DNA of 64,000 nt from Mycoplasmatota bacterium (GCA_018394315.1 CP074575.1:496001-560000); one strand, 5' to 3'. Numbered from the stretch's first letter, positions 13,022 to 23,800 are shown. Made by a program: numbers and translations. Notes: generated by a model not told the origin, from the letters alone.

Positions 13022-16000
13022 TTAAGCTCTTTTTCTCGTAAGTAAATCATACAAAGCAGGGACAACCCACAACGTAAGAATGGTAGCGTAGACTAAACCA
13101 CCTATAGATGTAATAGCTAGCGGTTGAAGTAATTCTCCACCTTCGCCTAGTCCTAGAGCCATAGGGAATAAAGCAAGCGAAGTCGTTAATGCAGTCATAA
13201 AGATTGGTCTTAATCTCGTTTGTCCTGCTTCAAATAATGCTTCACGAACCGTTTTACCATCTTCTCTTTGTTGATTAATATAATCAATCAACACTATACC
13301 GTTATTTACAATAATACCTGTAAGTACAATTAGTCCAATCATTGCTGGCATGCTAATTGGTAAACCTAAAACAACTAGTGCTAAGAATGCTCCTGTAAAC
13401 GCTAGTGGAATTGTGAATAGAACTATGAAAGGATATACTACTGATTGGAACTGAATAGCCATTATCATATAAACTAATAGGACTGCTAATACTACCGCAA
13501 TTGCCAAGTCAGCTACTGTATCCATTAAATTATCTTCAGTTTCTATTTTTATGTTTTCATAATTTTCTTTATATCCACTTGTGCTTTGATAATCAGATAT
13601 TTTCTTAGCTACTTCCTCATCAATTATTGATTGTTGATATCCCTTTTCTAAGGCTGCACTAACAGTAATAACTCTTGTCTTACCATCTCGGTTAATACTT
13701 GCAAACCCAGTTGCATTTGTATCAGCATCCACGATTGAAGTACTTATATTCCCATCGTATATTGTTCCTTTTGCTAACTCACTTAGCTTTGGATCAGTAT
13801 CTTCTCCACTCATAATTTGTTCTAAAGAAACTACGTAAACTTCATTTGAAGTTTCATCATATCTAAGTCCATTATTAATCATCAACGCCCCTATAGGTAT
13901 AGATTCTTCATAATTTGGATTTGGAATATTTCCTTCTGTATCAAAGAATGGTACATTAGGTAAGTAAAGCGCAAATAACGGGTCCTTTTCATCAAGTTTA
14001 CTTTTTATAGCATTTGATACATCATAATCAAACACTTGAACCATTCTTAAGAAGTTATATGCATCTATTTCACCCATATTAAATTCTTGTGCTGGTAACT
14101 TAATATCATATTTAACACCTTCAACAGGCACTATTAAGTTTGTGTTTCTTTCTTCTACCATACTAAATCCTAATCCTTGATAGAAAATCTCAATAGCAGA
14201 CATAATATCTTTTTCCGTTAAACCACGTTTAATTGCGTTGTCTTTGTTTACTTCTAAACGAACAACATCGTTTGTTCTCTCGATTCCATTAGAATGATCC
14301 TTTGTTCCTTCAATGTCACTAAGTATCGCTACTAAATCATTAGCAACCTCTTCCATTTTGTATAGATCTTCCCCTTTAATAGAGATATTAATTCCACCAC
14401 CAAACATCATATCTCCACCCATAGCTTGTGATGATGATTTAGTTGTAAAATCATTGATATCGTCTTTAGTTGCAGTTTCTAATCCTGTGAAATCTATATT
14501 TTCATATATGTCTAGAACTTCATCGGCAATTTCAAATGATGATCTGGTTCTGTTATCTTTCAGTAATATAGTGATTGATGCAGAATCATTCGACCCTCCT
14601 AAGAACATCATGCCTCCACCAATATCTGCACTCAATACATCTATCTCTGGAATTTCATCAATTTCAGAAATAATATAGTCAGTCACTTCACTTGTCTTCT
14701 TGAAATTTGTTCCCTTTTGCATTTCAATAGATATATCTATTTGACCCTCATCTGCTGCTGGCATTAGCTCAAACCCTTGTTCAATACCTAAATACATCGA
14801 GACACCAAATACTCCAAGTATAGTTATAAGTAGCACCCATTTAAACTTCAACATAAATGCAAGTGATGTACGATAACCACGATAGATAATGCTATTCTTT
14901 CTATCTTTCGTCTTCTTACTCTTCAAAATTTTAGCTGATAAACTCGGTACCAAAGTTAATGCTATCGCTAGCGAAGCTAATAAACTAAATGTTACTGTTA
15001 AAGCCATTGATACAAATATATCAGCAATCATATTTTCTATAAATAGAACTGGAATGAACACCATTACTGTAGTTAAAGTCGATGCTGTTATAGCTACTCC
15101 AACTTGTTTTGCACCCTCAATTGCAGCAGTTTTCTTGTCATATCCTTCATTTAATAGTCTATAAATGTTTTCTATGACGACAATTGAGTTGTCGACTAGC
15201 ATCCCTATTCCTAAGGCTAATCCACCCATAGAAATCATATTTAATGTAACTCCAGAAAAATACATTAACAAGAATGCCCCAACTATTGAAATTGGTATCG
15301 ATAACGCTACTGTTATCGTTGGTCTAATATCTCTTAAGAAAAGGAATAAGATAAATATCGCAACTGCAGCTCCAATTAACAAGTTATTTGTAATAGATCC
15401 AACTGACTGCTCTATATAATCACCTTGATTTAAAATTTCAACATACTCTGCATCAACTTCTTCGCTACCAGTTATATCATCTAACTTCTCTTGAATATTA
15501 CTTACTACGTCAGTTATCCCAACATCACTTTGTTTAAAGAATGCTACTGTTACTGCATCTTTACCATTTACTTTATTATAAGAGTTTGTTGACTGATTAA
15601 TAAATTTTATTTCATCTGCTAAATCAACAAGTCTAATAACTTCTTCTGTGTTTTCATCATAATATATCGGAACTTGTTCAAGTTCTGATATTCCTTCAAT
15701 GTTATTTCCTAAATAAAGCATTTTAATGTTTTCACCATCTGGCGCAACACCAATTAATCCTTCTATATTTTGAGATTCGATAATCCTTAGTACATCTGCG
15801 TCTGTTAATCCGTAAGAATTGACTTTATCTGAATCTAAAGCTAATTCTAAGACTGTATCACTTGCACCGTTTAAATCAATACTCGCGACTCCATCAATAC
15901 TCTCTAATTGATTATATAAATCTCTTTTAATCCACTCACTTGTGAGTATTAGTGGAGACTCTTCATCTTCAAAATCTCTGGTGATCGATGTTACCATTAC

Positions 16001-16405
16001 TGGCATCATTGATGGATCAAATTTCATGATACTTGGATTTCCTACACCATCAGGAAAACTTATCATATCTAGTTTTTCTCTCATTTCTAAAAACGCCGTA
16101 TCCATATTTGTACTTTGCGAGAACTCAATTATTACCATAGAGAAATGTTCACTAGAAGTTGAATTAATATTCTTGAAGTTACTTACACCCATTAAAGAAG
16201 ACTCTATATTCTTAGTAACATCTTCTTCCACCTCATAAGGGTTTGCGCCTTCGTAACTCGTTACTACAGCTGCAAATGGCAAATTAATATCCGGCATTAA
16301 CTCTAATGATAATTGTGATAAAGAAAACACTCCAACCACTATTAACATTAAAATACCCATCAACACTGTAATCGGTTTTCTTACACTATATTCTGATATC
16401 TTCAT
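13022..16405 (-). CDS. RND-family efflux permease (AcrB/SwrC-like)
   Basis: GMLVDNSIVVIENI, NNGIVLID, RLRPIFMT motifs; two large extracytoplasmic loops; AAGGAG RBS before ATG 16405. Confidence 0.95.
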   Translation of the reverse strand: MKISEYSVRKPITVLMGILMLIVVGVFSLSQLSLELMPDINLPFAAVVTSYEGANPYEVEEDVTKNIESSLMGVSNFKNINSTSSEHFSMVIIEFSQSTNMDTAFLEMREKLDMISFPDGVGNPSIMKFDPSMMPVMVTSITRDFEDEESPLILTSEWIKRDLYNQLESIDGVASIDLNGASDTVLELALDSDKVNSYGLTDADVLRIIESQNIEGLIGVAPDGENIKMLYLGNNIEGISELEQVPIYYDENTEEVIRLVDLADEIKFINQSTNSYNKVNGKDAVTVAFFKQSDVGITDVVSNIQEKLDDITGSEEVDAEYVEILNQGDYIEQSVGSITNNLLIGAAVAIFILFLFLRDIRPTITVALSIPISIVGAFLLMYFSGVTLNMISMGGLALGIGMLVDNSIVVIENIYRLLNEGYDKKTAAIEGAKQVGVAITASTLTTVMVFIPVLFIENMIADIFVSMALTVTFSLLASLAIALTLVPSLSAKILKSKKTKDRKNSIIYRGYRTSLAFMLKFKWVLLITILGVFGVSMYLGIEQGFELMPAADEGQIDISIEMQKGTNFKKTSEVTDYIISEIDEIPEIDVLSADIGGGMMFLGGSNDSASITILLKDNRTRSSFEIADEVLDIYENIDFTGLETATKDDINDFTTKSSSQAMGGDMMFGGGINISIKGEDLYKMEEVANDLVAILSDIEGTKDHSNGIERTNDVVRLEVNKDNAIKRGLTEKDIMSAIEIFYQGLGFSMVEERNTNLIVPVEGVKYDIKLPAQEFNMGEIDAYNFLRMVQVFDYDVSNAIKSKLDEKDPLFALYLPNVPFFDTEGNIPNPNYEESIPIGALMINNGLRYDETSNEVYVVSLEQIMSGEDTDPKLSELAKGTIYDGNISTSIVDADTNATGFASINRDGKTRVITVSAALEKGYQQSIIDEEVAKKISDYQSTSGYKENYENIKIETEDNLMDTVADLAIAVVLAVLLVYMIMAIQFQSVVYPFIVLFTIPLAFTGAFLALVVLGLPISMPAMIGLIVLTGIIVNNGIVLIDYINQQREDGKTVREALFEAGQTRLRPIFMTALTTSLALFPMALGLGEGGELLQPLAITSIGGLVYATILTLWVVPALYDLLTRKRA

Positions 16406-16421
16406 ATTGCTCGCTCCTTTT

Positions 16422-16440
16422 CCGACTGACTGGTCGGTCA
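16422..16440. promoter_or_regulatory. Putative TetR-family operator
   Basis: Overlapping palindromes CCGAC-N6-GTCGG and TGAC-N6-GTCA between the promoter and RBS of the RND-tetR operon. Confidence 0.7.
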
Positions 16441-16573
16441 ACATTTTATCACATTTATATTATCACAGTCAATACTTGAACAAAAAAACAAAAAAAGTGC
16501 TAAGTGTACTTCATCCTAACAAACTTGATTAGTTTACTTTAAATTACCGAATCCAGTACACAAATCACTTCCT

Positions 16574-16924
16574 TTATTTACAGTTAGCTATGTGATTATA
16601 TGCTGTTTCATAAATATCTTTTATATGATTATCATTTAATGAATAGTAAATTATTACACCTTCTTTTCTATACTTAACTACTCCACCTTTTTTCATCATA
16701 CTTAGTTGATGACTTACCGCTGATTGAGTCATATCTATTAATACAGCTATGTCGCATACACATAACTCATTTTCTATTAATACATCTACTATTTTCAGTC
16801 TTGTTTCATTACCGAGTATTTTAAAGAGATTAGATGTATTTTTTAATACTAATTCATCACTTCTCTTTACATTCTTTATAACATCTTGATGAACATGAGT
16901 TACATCACATCTTATATTTTTCAT
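16574..16924 (-). CDS. ArsR/SmtB/CadC family metal-responsive repressor
   Basis: ELCVCDIA, SAVSHQL, YYSLNDNHI. Confidence 0.95.
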   Translation of the reverse strand: MKNIRCDVTHVHQDVIKNVKRSDELVLKNTSNLFKILGNETRLKIVDVLIENELCVCDIAVLIDMTQSAVSHQLSMMKKGGVVKYRKEGVIIYYSLNDNHIKDIYETAYNHIANCK

Positions 16925-18957
16925 AATAACTCCTCATATTTCCTATATAGAATTCTTAAGGCATTCATCACAGCTAATAGAGATACCCCTACATCAGAGA
17001 ATATTGCCATCCACATTGTAGTGATACCAAAGCCACCTAATCCTAAAAATAATAATTTTATTCCAAGTGCAAAAATTATATTTTGATAGACTATTTTCCT
17101 TGTAACTTTTGATATACTTATGGCTTTAACAAATGATGTAAGACTATCATCCATTATGATTACATCAGCAACTTCTATAGCTAGATCACTCCCTTTTTTC
17201 CCCATTGAAATACCAATATCTGCATTAAGTAACGCTGGAGCATCATTAATTCCGTCCCCTATAAATACTTTTTCTCCAGCAGACTTATGTTCTTTAATAA
17301 TATTTACTTTATCCACTGGAAGAAGCGAAGCGTAATAATCTATTTCTAAAGTATTTGATACTTTTTCAGCTACTTCTGAGGAATCACCAGTTAACATATG
17401 AACATTAATTCCATTTTTATTAAGCTCTCTGATTGCATTTATACTACTTTCCTTTATTTCATCTACAATAACTATTTTTCCTAAATAGATATTATCGTAA
17501 GCGATATGAACAGTAGTTCCATCCCCTTCATTATATTCGTTTACCGAATACTGATTCATCAATTTATCATTTCCAACTAGTAAAGTCTTTCCCTGATATA
17601 ACCCCACAAGCCCGTGTCCAGCAATTTCCTTTATTTCTTTTATCTCTAGTAAATCTAATCTGTTTTTCTCCTGTATAGCTTCAGCTATTGGATGTTTAGA
17701 GTATCTTTCTATTGATGCTGCTAATTGTAATATTCTATCTGATGTATATGTTTGGACTTTAAAATTTCCATAAGTTATTGTTCCTGTCTTATCAAGAAAA
17801 ACATCTTTTACTTTTGTGAGTAGCTCTAGGTAGTTGCTTCCTTTAAATAATACATTCTGACTAGCGCTCTTACCAATTCCCGCAAAGTAAGATAATGGTA
17901 TAGAGAGTACAAGCGCACAAGGGCAAGAAATAACCAGGAATACCGCTGCTCTATATAGATAACTATTGAAATTACTAAGACTAATTATAGATGGAACTAA
18001 AACTAATAAGAATGCAACAATCACCACCAATGGAGTATAAAATTTTGCGAACTTAGTGATAAACAGTTCAGTGTTAGATTTTGTATTAGTTGAATTTTCA
18101 ATTAAATCAACTATTTTTGAAAGTGCAGAATCTTTGAAGGTCTTTATTACTTTAACTTCAATAACCTTAGATGTATTAATAAAACCAGAAAGAATCTCTG
18201 TTCCCTCTTCAGCTATTAATGGCATGGATTCGCCAGTCATAGCTGATGTATTAAACATCGTATCACCCTTAACTATAACTGAATCTACCGGGATTTGTTC
18301 CCCCACTTTAATTAAAAGAATATCACCAATCTTCAATTCATCAGGATTCTTAGTAATTTGTTTGATTCCTTTTAAAACAGTTACTTTATCAACTTTTAAT
18401 GAGATTAATCCCTCTATCTCACCTCTAGATTTTTTTACAGCTCTATTTTGAAAATACTCACCAATAGAATAAAATATTAAAACAGCTATTGCTTCCCAAT
18501 ACTCTTTTATATACATAGCAGCTAAAGTCGCTATTAACATTAGTGTATTTTCATCTAAGATATATCTATTTTTTATACTTAGTATTGATTTTTTAACTAT
18601 TTTGCTAGCAACTAGAATATATCCCATATAATAAAATATGTGTTCATTTAAAAAGTAACCTAGAGAAAATACTATAAGCCCAACTAATATAAATAAATAT
18701 GAGAAGTCTCTCTTACGCTTTTTACTATTTGTACCCTTATAATAAACATTAACACCATCTTCAATAGAATCCACAATATTAGTCATAACTTCCAACATTA
18801 TCTCAGTGTCAATTGAAGCATTAGTCACAATGTTCATAACTTGATTTGCTAAATTATAATTGGCCTCTTTAATATAACTTAGCTTATTTATCTCTTTTTC
18901 TATTTTACCCGCACACCCTGTGCACATCAGTCCATCCATTATTACTTGATACTTCAT
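16921..18957 (-). CDS. cadA: Heavy-metal (Cd/Zn/Pb-type) P1B-ATPase
   Basis: N-terminal GLMCTGC, TGES, CPC, DKTGT, GDGINDAP; GAGGG RBS before ATG 18957. Confidence 0.92.
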   Translation of the reverse strand: MKYQVIMDGLMCTGCAGKIEKEINKLSYIKEANYNLANQVMNIVTNASIDTEIMLEVMTNIVDSIEDGVNVYYKGTNSKKRKRDFSYLFILVGLIVFSLGYFLNEHIFYYMGYILVASKIVKKSILSIKNRYILDENTLMLIATLAAMYIKEYWEAIAVLIFYSIGEYFQNRAVKKSRGEIEGLISLKVDKVTVLKGIKQITKNPDELKIGDILLIKVGEQIPVDSVIVKGDTMFNTSAMTGESMPLIAEEGTEILSGFINTSKVIEVKVIKTFKDSALSKIVDLIENSTNTKSNTELFITKFAKFYTPLVVIVAFLLVLVPSIISLSNFNSYLYRAAVFLVISCPCALVLSIPLSYFAGIGKSASQNVLFKGSNYLELLTKVKDVFLDKTGTITYGNFKVQTYTSDRILQLAASIERYSKHPIAEAIQEKNRLDLLEIKEIKEIAGHGLVGLYQGKTLLVGNDKLMNQYSVNEYNEGDGTTVHIAYDNIYLGKIVIVDEIKESSINAIRELNKNGINVHMLTGDSSEVAEKVSNTLEIDYYASLLPVDKVNIIKEHKSAGEKVFIGDGINDAPALLNADIGISMGKKGSDLAIEVADVIIMDDSLTSFVKAISISKVTRKIVYQNIIFALGIKLLFLGLGGFGITTMWMAIFSDVGVSLLAVMNALRILYRKYEELL

Positions 18958-18975
18958 AATCTTCCCTCGCTTACT

Positions 18976-19029
18976 ATATGAGCAAATATTCATACATCTA
19001 TTACAATTATATGAATAGATGTTCATATA
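18976..19029. promoter_or_regulatory. Two ArsR/SmtB-type operators
   Basis: ATATGAGCAAATATTCATAC (18976-18995) and TATATGAA-N6-TTCATATA (19008-19029), similar to CzrA/SmtB operators. Confidence 0.8.
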
Positions 19030-19065
19030 GTCAATACATAAATAAAAAAAACGACTTTCGTCGCC

Positions 19066-19350
19066 TTATTTAAATATCATTCCCCATATATCAACACCCA
19101 ATAGTACTATAATGACATAATATAAAACCGCAAATATTAACACTACTTTTAGTAATCCTGCTGTTTTCTTTAGAATATGTTTTATTAAGCTAATTAAACC
19201 TAGTACTGATAAAACTCCAACGCCAATGACAATCAAAATCTGATTTAAATCACTTTGATTAATAAAATAATTGTCAACAAAACCTAGTATTTCTTCTCCG
19301 AATAAAAAATTCATAAATAATCCTTCAAGCAAGTTTGTAATAAATCCCAT
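19066..19350 (-). CDS. Hypothetical membrane protein
   Basis: 94 aa, two hydrophobic helices, 9 nt downstream of recR. Confidence 0.7.
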   Translation of the reverse strand: MGFITNLLEGLFMNFLFGEEILGFVDNYFINQSDLNQILIVIGVGVLSVLGLISLIKHILKKTAGLLKVVLIFAVLYYVIIVLLGVDIWGMIFK

Positions 19351-19359
19351 ATTTTCCCC

Positions 19360-19959
19360 CTATATTTCTCTTCTTCCCTCCAAGGCTCTTAGAAGAGTAA
19401 TTTCATCTGCGTACTGCAGATCTCCACCTACTGGTAATCCGTGTGCAAGTTTAGTTACCTTTATGTCAGAATTTTTAAGTAATCTTTTAATATACATTGA
19501 AGTTGCTTCACCCTCTATACTCGCGTTCAACCCAAGTATTAACTCCTTTATTCTCTTGTCCTGCAATCTTTCTAATAAACTCCTTAAATTGATATCCTCA
19601 GGACCAACTCCATTTATGGGAGAAATCACGCCATTTAAAACGTGGTACTTCCCATCGTATTTCTTCATCTTTTCTATAATTATAACATCTTTTGCTTCTT
19701 CAACAACTAATAAACTTTCTGTATCTCTATTCTTATCATTACAAATATAACATGGATCAGTATCGGTAATATTCCCACATATCGGGCAATGAAACAATGT
19801 ATCCTTTGTATCAATAAGAGCTTTAGTAAATTTATCTATCTCTTCTTTTTTTATTTTATTTACCGTATATAGTGATAATCGTTCAGCAGTTTTTGGACCT
19901 ATTCCAGGATACTTACTAAAGCATTCTATTAACTCCGTGATTGCTCTTGGGTACTTCAC
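19360..19959 (-). CDS. recR: Recombination mediator RecR
   Basis: PGIGPKTAERL, C4 zinc finger, YHVLNG.ISP, toprim, AHGLPVGGDL. Confidence 0.98.
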   Translation of the reverse strand: MKYPRAITELIECFSKYPGIGPKTAERLSLYTVNKIKKEEIDKFTKALIDTKDTLFHCPICGNITDTDPCYICNDKNRDTESLLVVEEAKDVIIIEKMKKYDGKYHVLNGVISPINGVGPEDINLRSLLERLQDKRIKELILGLNASIEGEATSMYIKRLLKNSDIKVTKLAHGLPVGGDLQYADEITLLRALEGRREI

Positions 19960-20261
19960 TAAAAACCAAATCCGCCTAGCATATTAGAATATTTTCCCAT
20001 TTTCAATTCTGTCTCTTTATCAACACTTTTCATTGCATTATTGACTGCAGCGACAATTGTATCCTCTAACATCTCAATGTCCTCAGGTCCCTCCATAGCT
20101 TCTGGATTGATCTTTATTCCAACTAGTTCTTTAGTACCTTTAATATTAACAGTCACTACTCCTCCTGCTGTACCAGTAAAAACCGAATTTTCTAACTCTT
20201 TTTGAGTCTCCATCATTTCTTTTTGTAACTTTTGAATTTTTTTTAACATTGCTGGATTCAT
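19959..20261 (-). CDS. ybaB: YbaB/EbfC nucleoid-associated protein
   Basis: Between dnaX and recR; EDIEMLEDTIVAAVNNA. Confidence 0.93.
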   Translation of the reverse strand: MNPAMLKKIQKLQKEMMETQKELENSVFTGTAGGVVTVNIKGTKELVGIKINPEAMEGPEDIEMLEDTIVAAVNNAMKSVDKETELKMGKYSNMLGGFGF

Positions 20262-20271
20262 TTTAAACTCC

Positions 20272-22041
20272 TTATTTAATATTTATTTTTTCTTCGCCAA
20301 ACAACTCTATAGCACGCTTCACAATTTCTGGTGATTCCTTTTTCTCTTCAACTACTTCTAAACCTGGATAATCAATCATACTTAAGACTGGTTCTAATAT
20401 CCCTACAGAAAACTGGTCAACGTACTCTTTTCTTTTCAACGCCCAGACTTCTTTAGGAAGGGCCATATAATTATATTCTTGATTATAAACATCTTTTAAT
20501 AACTTTATCATCTTTTTTCTTACATCTGATCGCATTAATTTATTAACTGTAACAACATGATCAAATATAATAATAAAGAAATCCTCTGACGCGACAACTA
20601 CCTCTCCTTGTGAAAACTCTTTTGCAACTGCAAATACATGTGGCTCTGCCTTTATGTTAATCTGATTCCAAAGTTTGGATAGTTTTTCTTTATTTTCCTT
20701 TGCTTTTGGTTTATTACTCATCGCTAAAGACAAAGTACTCGTAATAATATTGACATCGAAGACATCTACAATGATCTTCTTTTCAGGCTCATCAAATATG
20801 TTAGAATCTTCTTCTATAATTTCCTTTTCAGGTTCAATACTTGCTTCTTTTATAACCACATTTTTAACTTCTTTAATCTCTGATTCTTTCACAAATAAGC
20901 CTTCAGATATTTTTTTCTCAAGTTCTTCTATTCTTTTATATAATCCAGCTTCTCCTTGTTGAACAAAATCAGTCATTTTTATCAATGTTAATTCTAAAAA
21001 AGTTCTCGGGTTATTTGTAAATCTCATTTCTCTTTGTGAATTACTTAAACATTCGATATAGAAAAATATCATTTCGTTGTTTAGTTTATTAGCTAAATCG
21101 ATAAACTTTTTATTAGAAAAGATTGCTTTACCAAAATTATCCGTACTGACATTTTTTAAGACTAATATATCTTTTAAGAAAACAATCATTTGATAATTTA
21201 CTCTGTTAATTTCTTTTCCGTTTTCAATCAACTCATCAATAATCATAAATGCATTAAAAACATTACTGTTTGATATATTCTCAAATATATCAATTATTTT
21301 GATATCGGAAACAGTCCCCGCAACCGCATGCACGTCTTTATCATTTACAACATCATCAGAATATGAGATAGATTGATCTAATAAACTTAATGCATCCCTC
21401 ATTCCACCTTCAGCTGCTTCTGCGATTGCATCTATTGCTTCTAGTGTTACTTTTATTGCCTCTTTATCAATTATTTCCTTTAATTTGGTTTTTATATCTT
21501 TAATAGAGATTTCTTTAAAATCAAACCTTTGACAGCGTGAGTGAATCGTTGCTGGTATTTTGTGAGGTTCTGTTGTTGCTAAAATAAATATTACATGACT
21601 AGGTGGCTCCTCCAACGTTTTAAGCAATGCATTAAAAGCACCAATGCTTAGCATGTGAACCTCATCAATAATATATACTTTATACTTTCCTTGACTAGGA
21701 GTATATTTAACTTTATCTCTAATCTCACGAATCTCATCTACACCGTTATTACTAGCTGCATCTATTTCGATAATGTCTGAAAACATTCCTTTTTGAATTG
21801 TTAAACAATTATCGCAAGTACCACATGGTTCACTAATTGGGTAACTTTCACAATTTACTACATTTGCAATAATCTTAGCTATACTCGTTTTACCAGTTCC
21901 ACGTGGACCGCTAAATAAATATGCGTGAGATATCTTTTCATTTTTTAATGCATTCTGAAATGTCTTAGTTACGTGTTTTTGCCCTGCTATATCTAGAAAG
22001 CGTTGCGGGCGATATGCACGATATAGTGCCTTATATGACAT
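20272..22041 (-). CDS. dnaX: DNA polymerase III subunit gamma/tau
   Basis: YKALYRAYRP, GPRGTGKT, EIDAASN, DEVHML, SRCQ. Confidence 0.98.
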   Translation of the reverse strand: MSYKALYRAYRPQRFLDIAGQKHVTKTFQNALKNEKISHAYLFSGPRGTGKTSIAKIIANVVNCESYPISEPCGTCDNCLTIQKGMFSDIIEIDAASNNGVDEIREIRDKVKYTPSQGKYKVYIIDEVHMLSIGAFNALLKTLEEPPSHVIFILATTEPHKIPATIHSRCQRFDFKEISIKDIKTKLKEIIDKEAIKVTLEAIDAIAEAAEGGMRDALSLLDQSISYSDDVVNDKDVHAVAGTVSDIKIIDIFENISNSNVFNAFMIIDELIENGKEINRVNYQMIVFLKDILVLKNVSTDNFGKAIFSNKKFIDLANKLNNEMIFFYIECLSNSQREMRFTNNPRTFLELTLIKMTDFVQQGEAGLYKRIEELEKKISEGLFVKESEIKEVKNVVIKEASIEPEKEIIEEDSNIFDEPEKKIIVDVFDVNIITSTLSLAMSNKPKAKENKEKLSKLWNQINIKAEPHVFAVAKEFSQGEVVVASEDFFIIIFDHVVTVNKLMRSDVRKKMIKLLKDVYNQEYNYMALPKEVWALKRKEYVDQFSVGILEPVLSMIDYPGLEVVEEKKESPEIVKRAIELFGEEKINIK

Positions 22042-22180
22042 ATTATGCACCTACCTTTTCTTACATTAGATTTATTATAACATATCTGCTATTTTTTGTA
22101 ATTACATTAGAGGGTTTTTTGTGACAATAAATTGTGATAATATTTTAGTAGACATAATAAATAATAAAGGATATGATTCT

Positions 22181-23536
22181 ATGATGAATGATACAATTTG
22201 TGCTATATCAACACCCTATGGCGAAGGTGCAATTTCTATTATAAGAATATCAGGAAGTAGTGCATTTAATATAGTTAACAAATTATTTTTAAGCAAAGAT
22301 TTAAACAAACTAAGGACTCATACAATGCATTATGGAAAACTCTTTGATAACAAAACCAATGAGATTATTGATGAAGTTATGATTAGTGTTATGAGGGCGC
22401 CTAAGTCATTCACTACAGAAGATATAGTTGAGATCAATTGCCACGGTGGATTATATGTAACTAAAAAAGTACTAGAATTATTACTTACAAATGGGGCAAG
22501 ATTAGCTGAACCAGGTGAATTTACAAAAAGAGCATTCTTAAATGGTAGAATCGACCTAACGCAAGCTGAGTCAATTATGGATATGATTAACGCAAAAACT
22601 GCTGCTTCGCTCAAAATGGCTAATCAAGGATTATCCGGAAGCATATCAAAACTCATTACTTCTTTAAAAGACAAAATTATTGATATTATTGGCAAAGTAG
22701 AAGTAAACATTGATTATCCTGAATATGATGATGTAGAAGTATTGACACATGAGGTATTAAAGCCAACAGTGTTCTCATTACTTAAACAAATCGATGAAAT
22801 CTTAGAAAAATCACAGACTGGTATAATAATGAAAGAAGGTATCAAAACCGCCATCGTAGGAAGACCTAACGTTGGAAAATCCAGCATTTTAAATTTACTA
22901 CTCGATGAGGACAAAGCAATAGTCACAGATATTGCTGGTACGACACGAGATCTTGTTGAGGGTAATATCAATGTTAAAGGTTTACTGCTTAAGCTAATTG
23001 ATACTGCGGGTATTAGAAATACAAGCGACACAGTAGAGAGAATTGGAATTAAAAAATCTTACACTGCAATTAATGATGCAGATTTAGTTATATTAGTTTT
23101 AGACTATTCATCTGATTTAACAAAAGATGATAAAGAACTGATGAAACGAGTTAAAACTAAAAATCACATCATAGTTGTTAACAAGGTTGATTTACCAAAG
23201 AAAATTCAACTAATAGGAAATTCAAACTACGTTATGATTTCAACGAATGAAGAGACTGGAATAGAAAACCTAAAGAGTGCAATTCTTGAGAAAGCTGGTG
23301 TCTCTGATTACAAGAAAGATCTAACTTACTTGTCAAATATAAGACAAATCACTAAATTAAAAGAAGCAAGATACTCCTTAAAAGATGCATTAGAATCCAT
23401 TAGAGATTCTATGCCAGTTGATTTAATTAGTATTGACTTACAGAATACATATTATTTATTAAATGAAATCTTAGGAATACAGTCAACTGATTTAATAATT
23501 GATGAGTTATTCAGTAGATTTTGTTTAGGAAAATAG
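22181..23536 (+). CDS. mnmE: tRNA modification GTPase MnmE
   Basis: DTICAIST, GRPNVGKS, AGTTRD, DTAG, NKVD, terminal FCLGK. Confidence 0.98.
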   Translation: MMNDTICAISTPYGEGAISIIRISGSSAFNIVNKLFLSKDLNKLRTHTMHYGKLFDNKTNEIIDEVMISVMRAPKSFTTEDIVEINCHGGLYVTKKVLELLLTNGARLAEPGEFTKRAFLNGRIDLTQAESIMDMINAKTAASLKMANQGLSGSISKLITSLKDKIIDIIGKVEVNIDYPEYDDVEVLTHEVLKPTVFSLLKQIDEILEKSQTGIIMKEGIKTAIVGRPNVGKSSILNLLLDEDKAIVTDIAGTTRDLVEGNINVKGLLLKLIDTAGIRNTSDTVERIGIKKSYTAINDADLVILVLDYSSDLTKDDKELMKRVKTKNHIIVVNKVDLPKKIQLIGNSNYVMISTNEETGIENLKSAILEKAGVSDYKKDLTYLSNIRQITKLKEARYSLKDALESIRDSMPVDLISIDLQNTYYLLNEILGIQSTDLIIDELFSRFCLGK

Positions 23537-23567
23537 GTAAAAGTTTAAAGTTTAAAGATTATTATTT

Positions 23568-23778
23568 ATGACATTGTTTTTAACAGCATAAATCCCTGAA
23601 AATCCTAAATATGATTAATCCTGCTGGATTACTGTGGGGAATATGGCATGGATGGCTACTTTATCTTTATTAATAATAAAGTTTATAATACTTTCTTTTT
23701 GATATGATTCTGTATATTACATTGCCATTGGAAGTGGTTGGGTGGATTATCACTTTCTACCTAGAAAAAAGAAAATAA
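23568..23778 (+). pseudogene. Decayed small lipoprotein/membrane-protein gene
   Basis: Fragments MTLFLTA*IP..., NPAGLLWGIWHGW, YD..YYIAIGSG and a basic tail, broken by stops and frameshifts. Confidence 0.55.
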
Positions 23779-23800
23779 ATGAAAAAGATGATGAACAAAA

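Noticed and set aside
21895..21910. parS-like AGTTCCACGTGGACCG in dnaX
   Set aside because: Three mismatches, and explained by codons of the conserved GPRGT Walker A motif.
20272..22041. Programmed frameshift in dnaX
   Set aside because: Only a short A run near 20910-20916; no clear slippery heptamer with stimulatory hairpin seen.
22042..22180. SRP RNA upstream of dnaX as in Bacillus
   Set aside because: Short AT-rich divergent promoter region with no GC-rich SRP stem.
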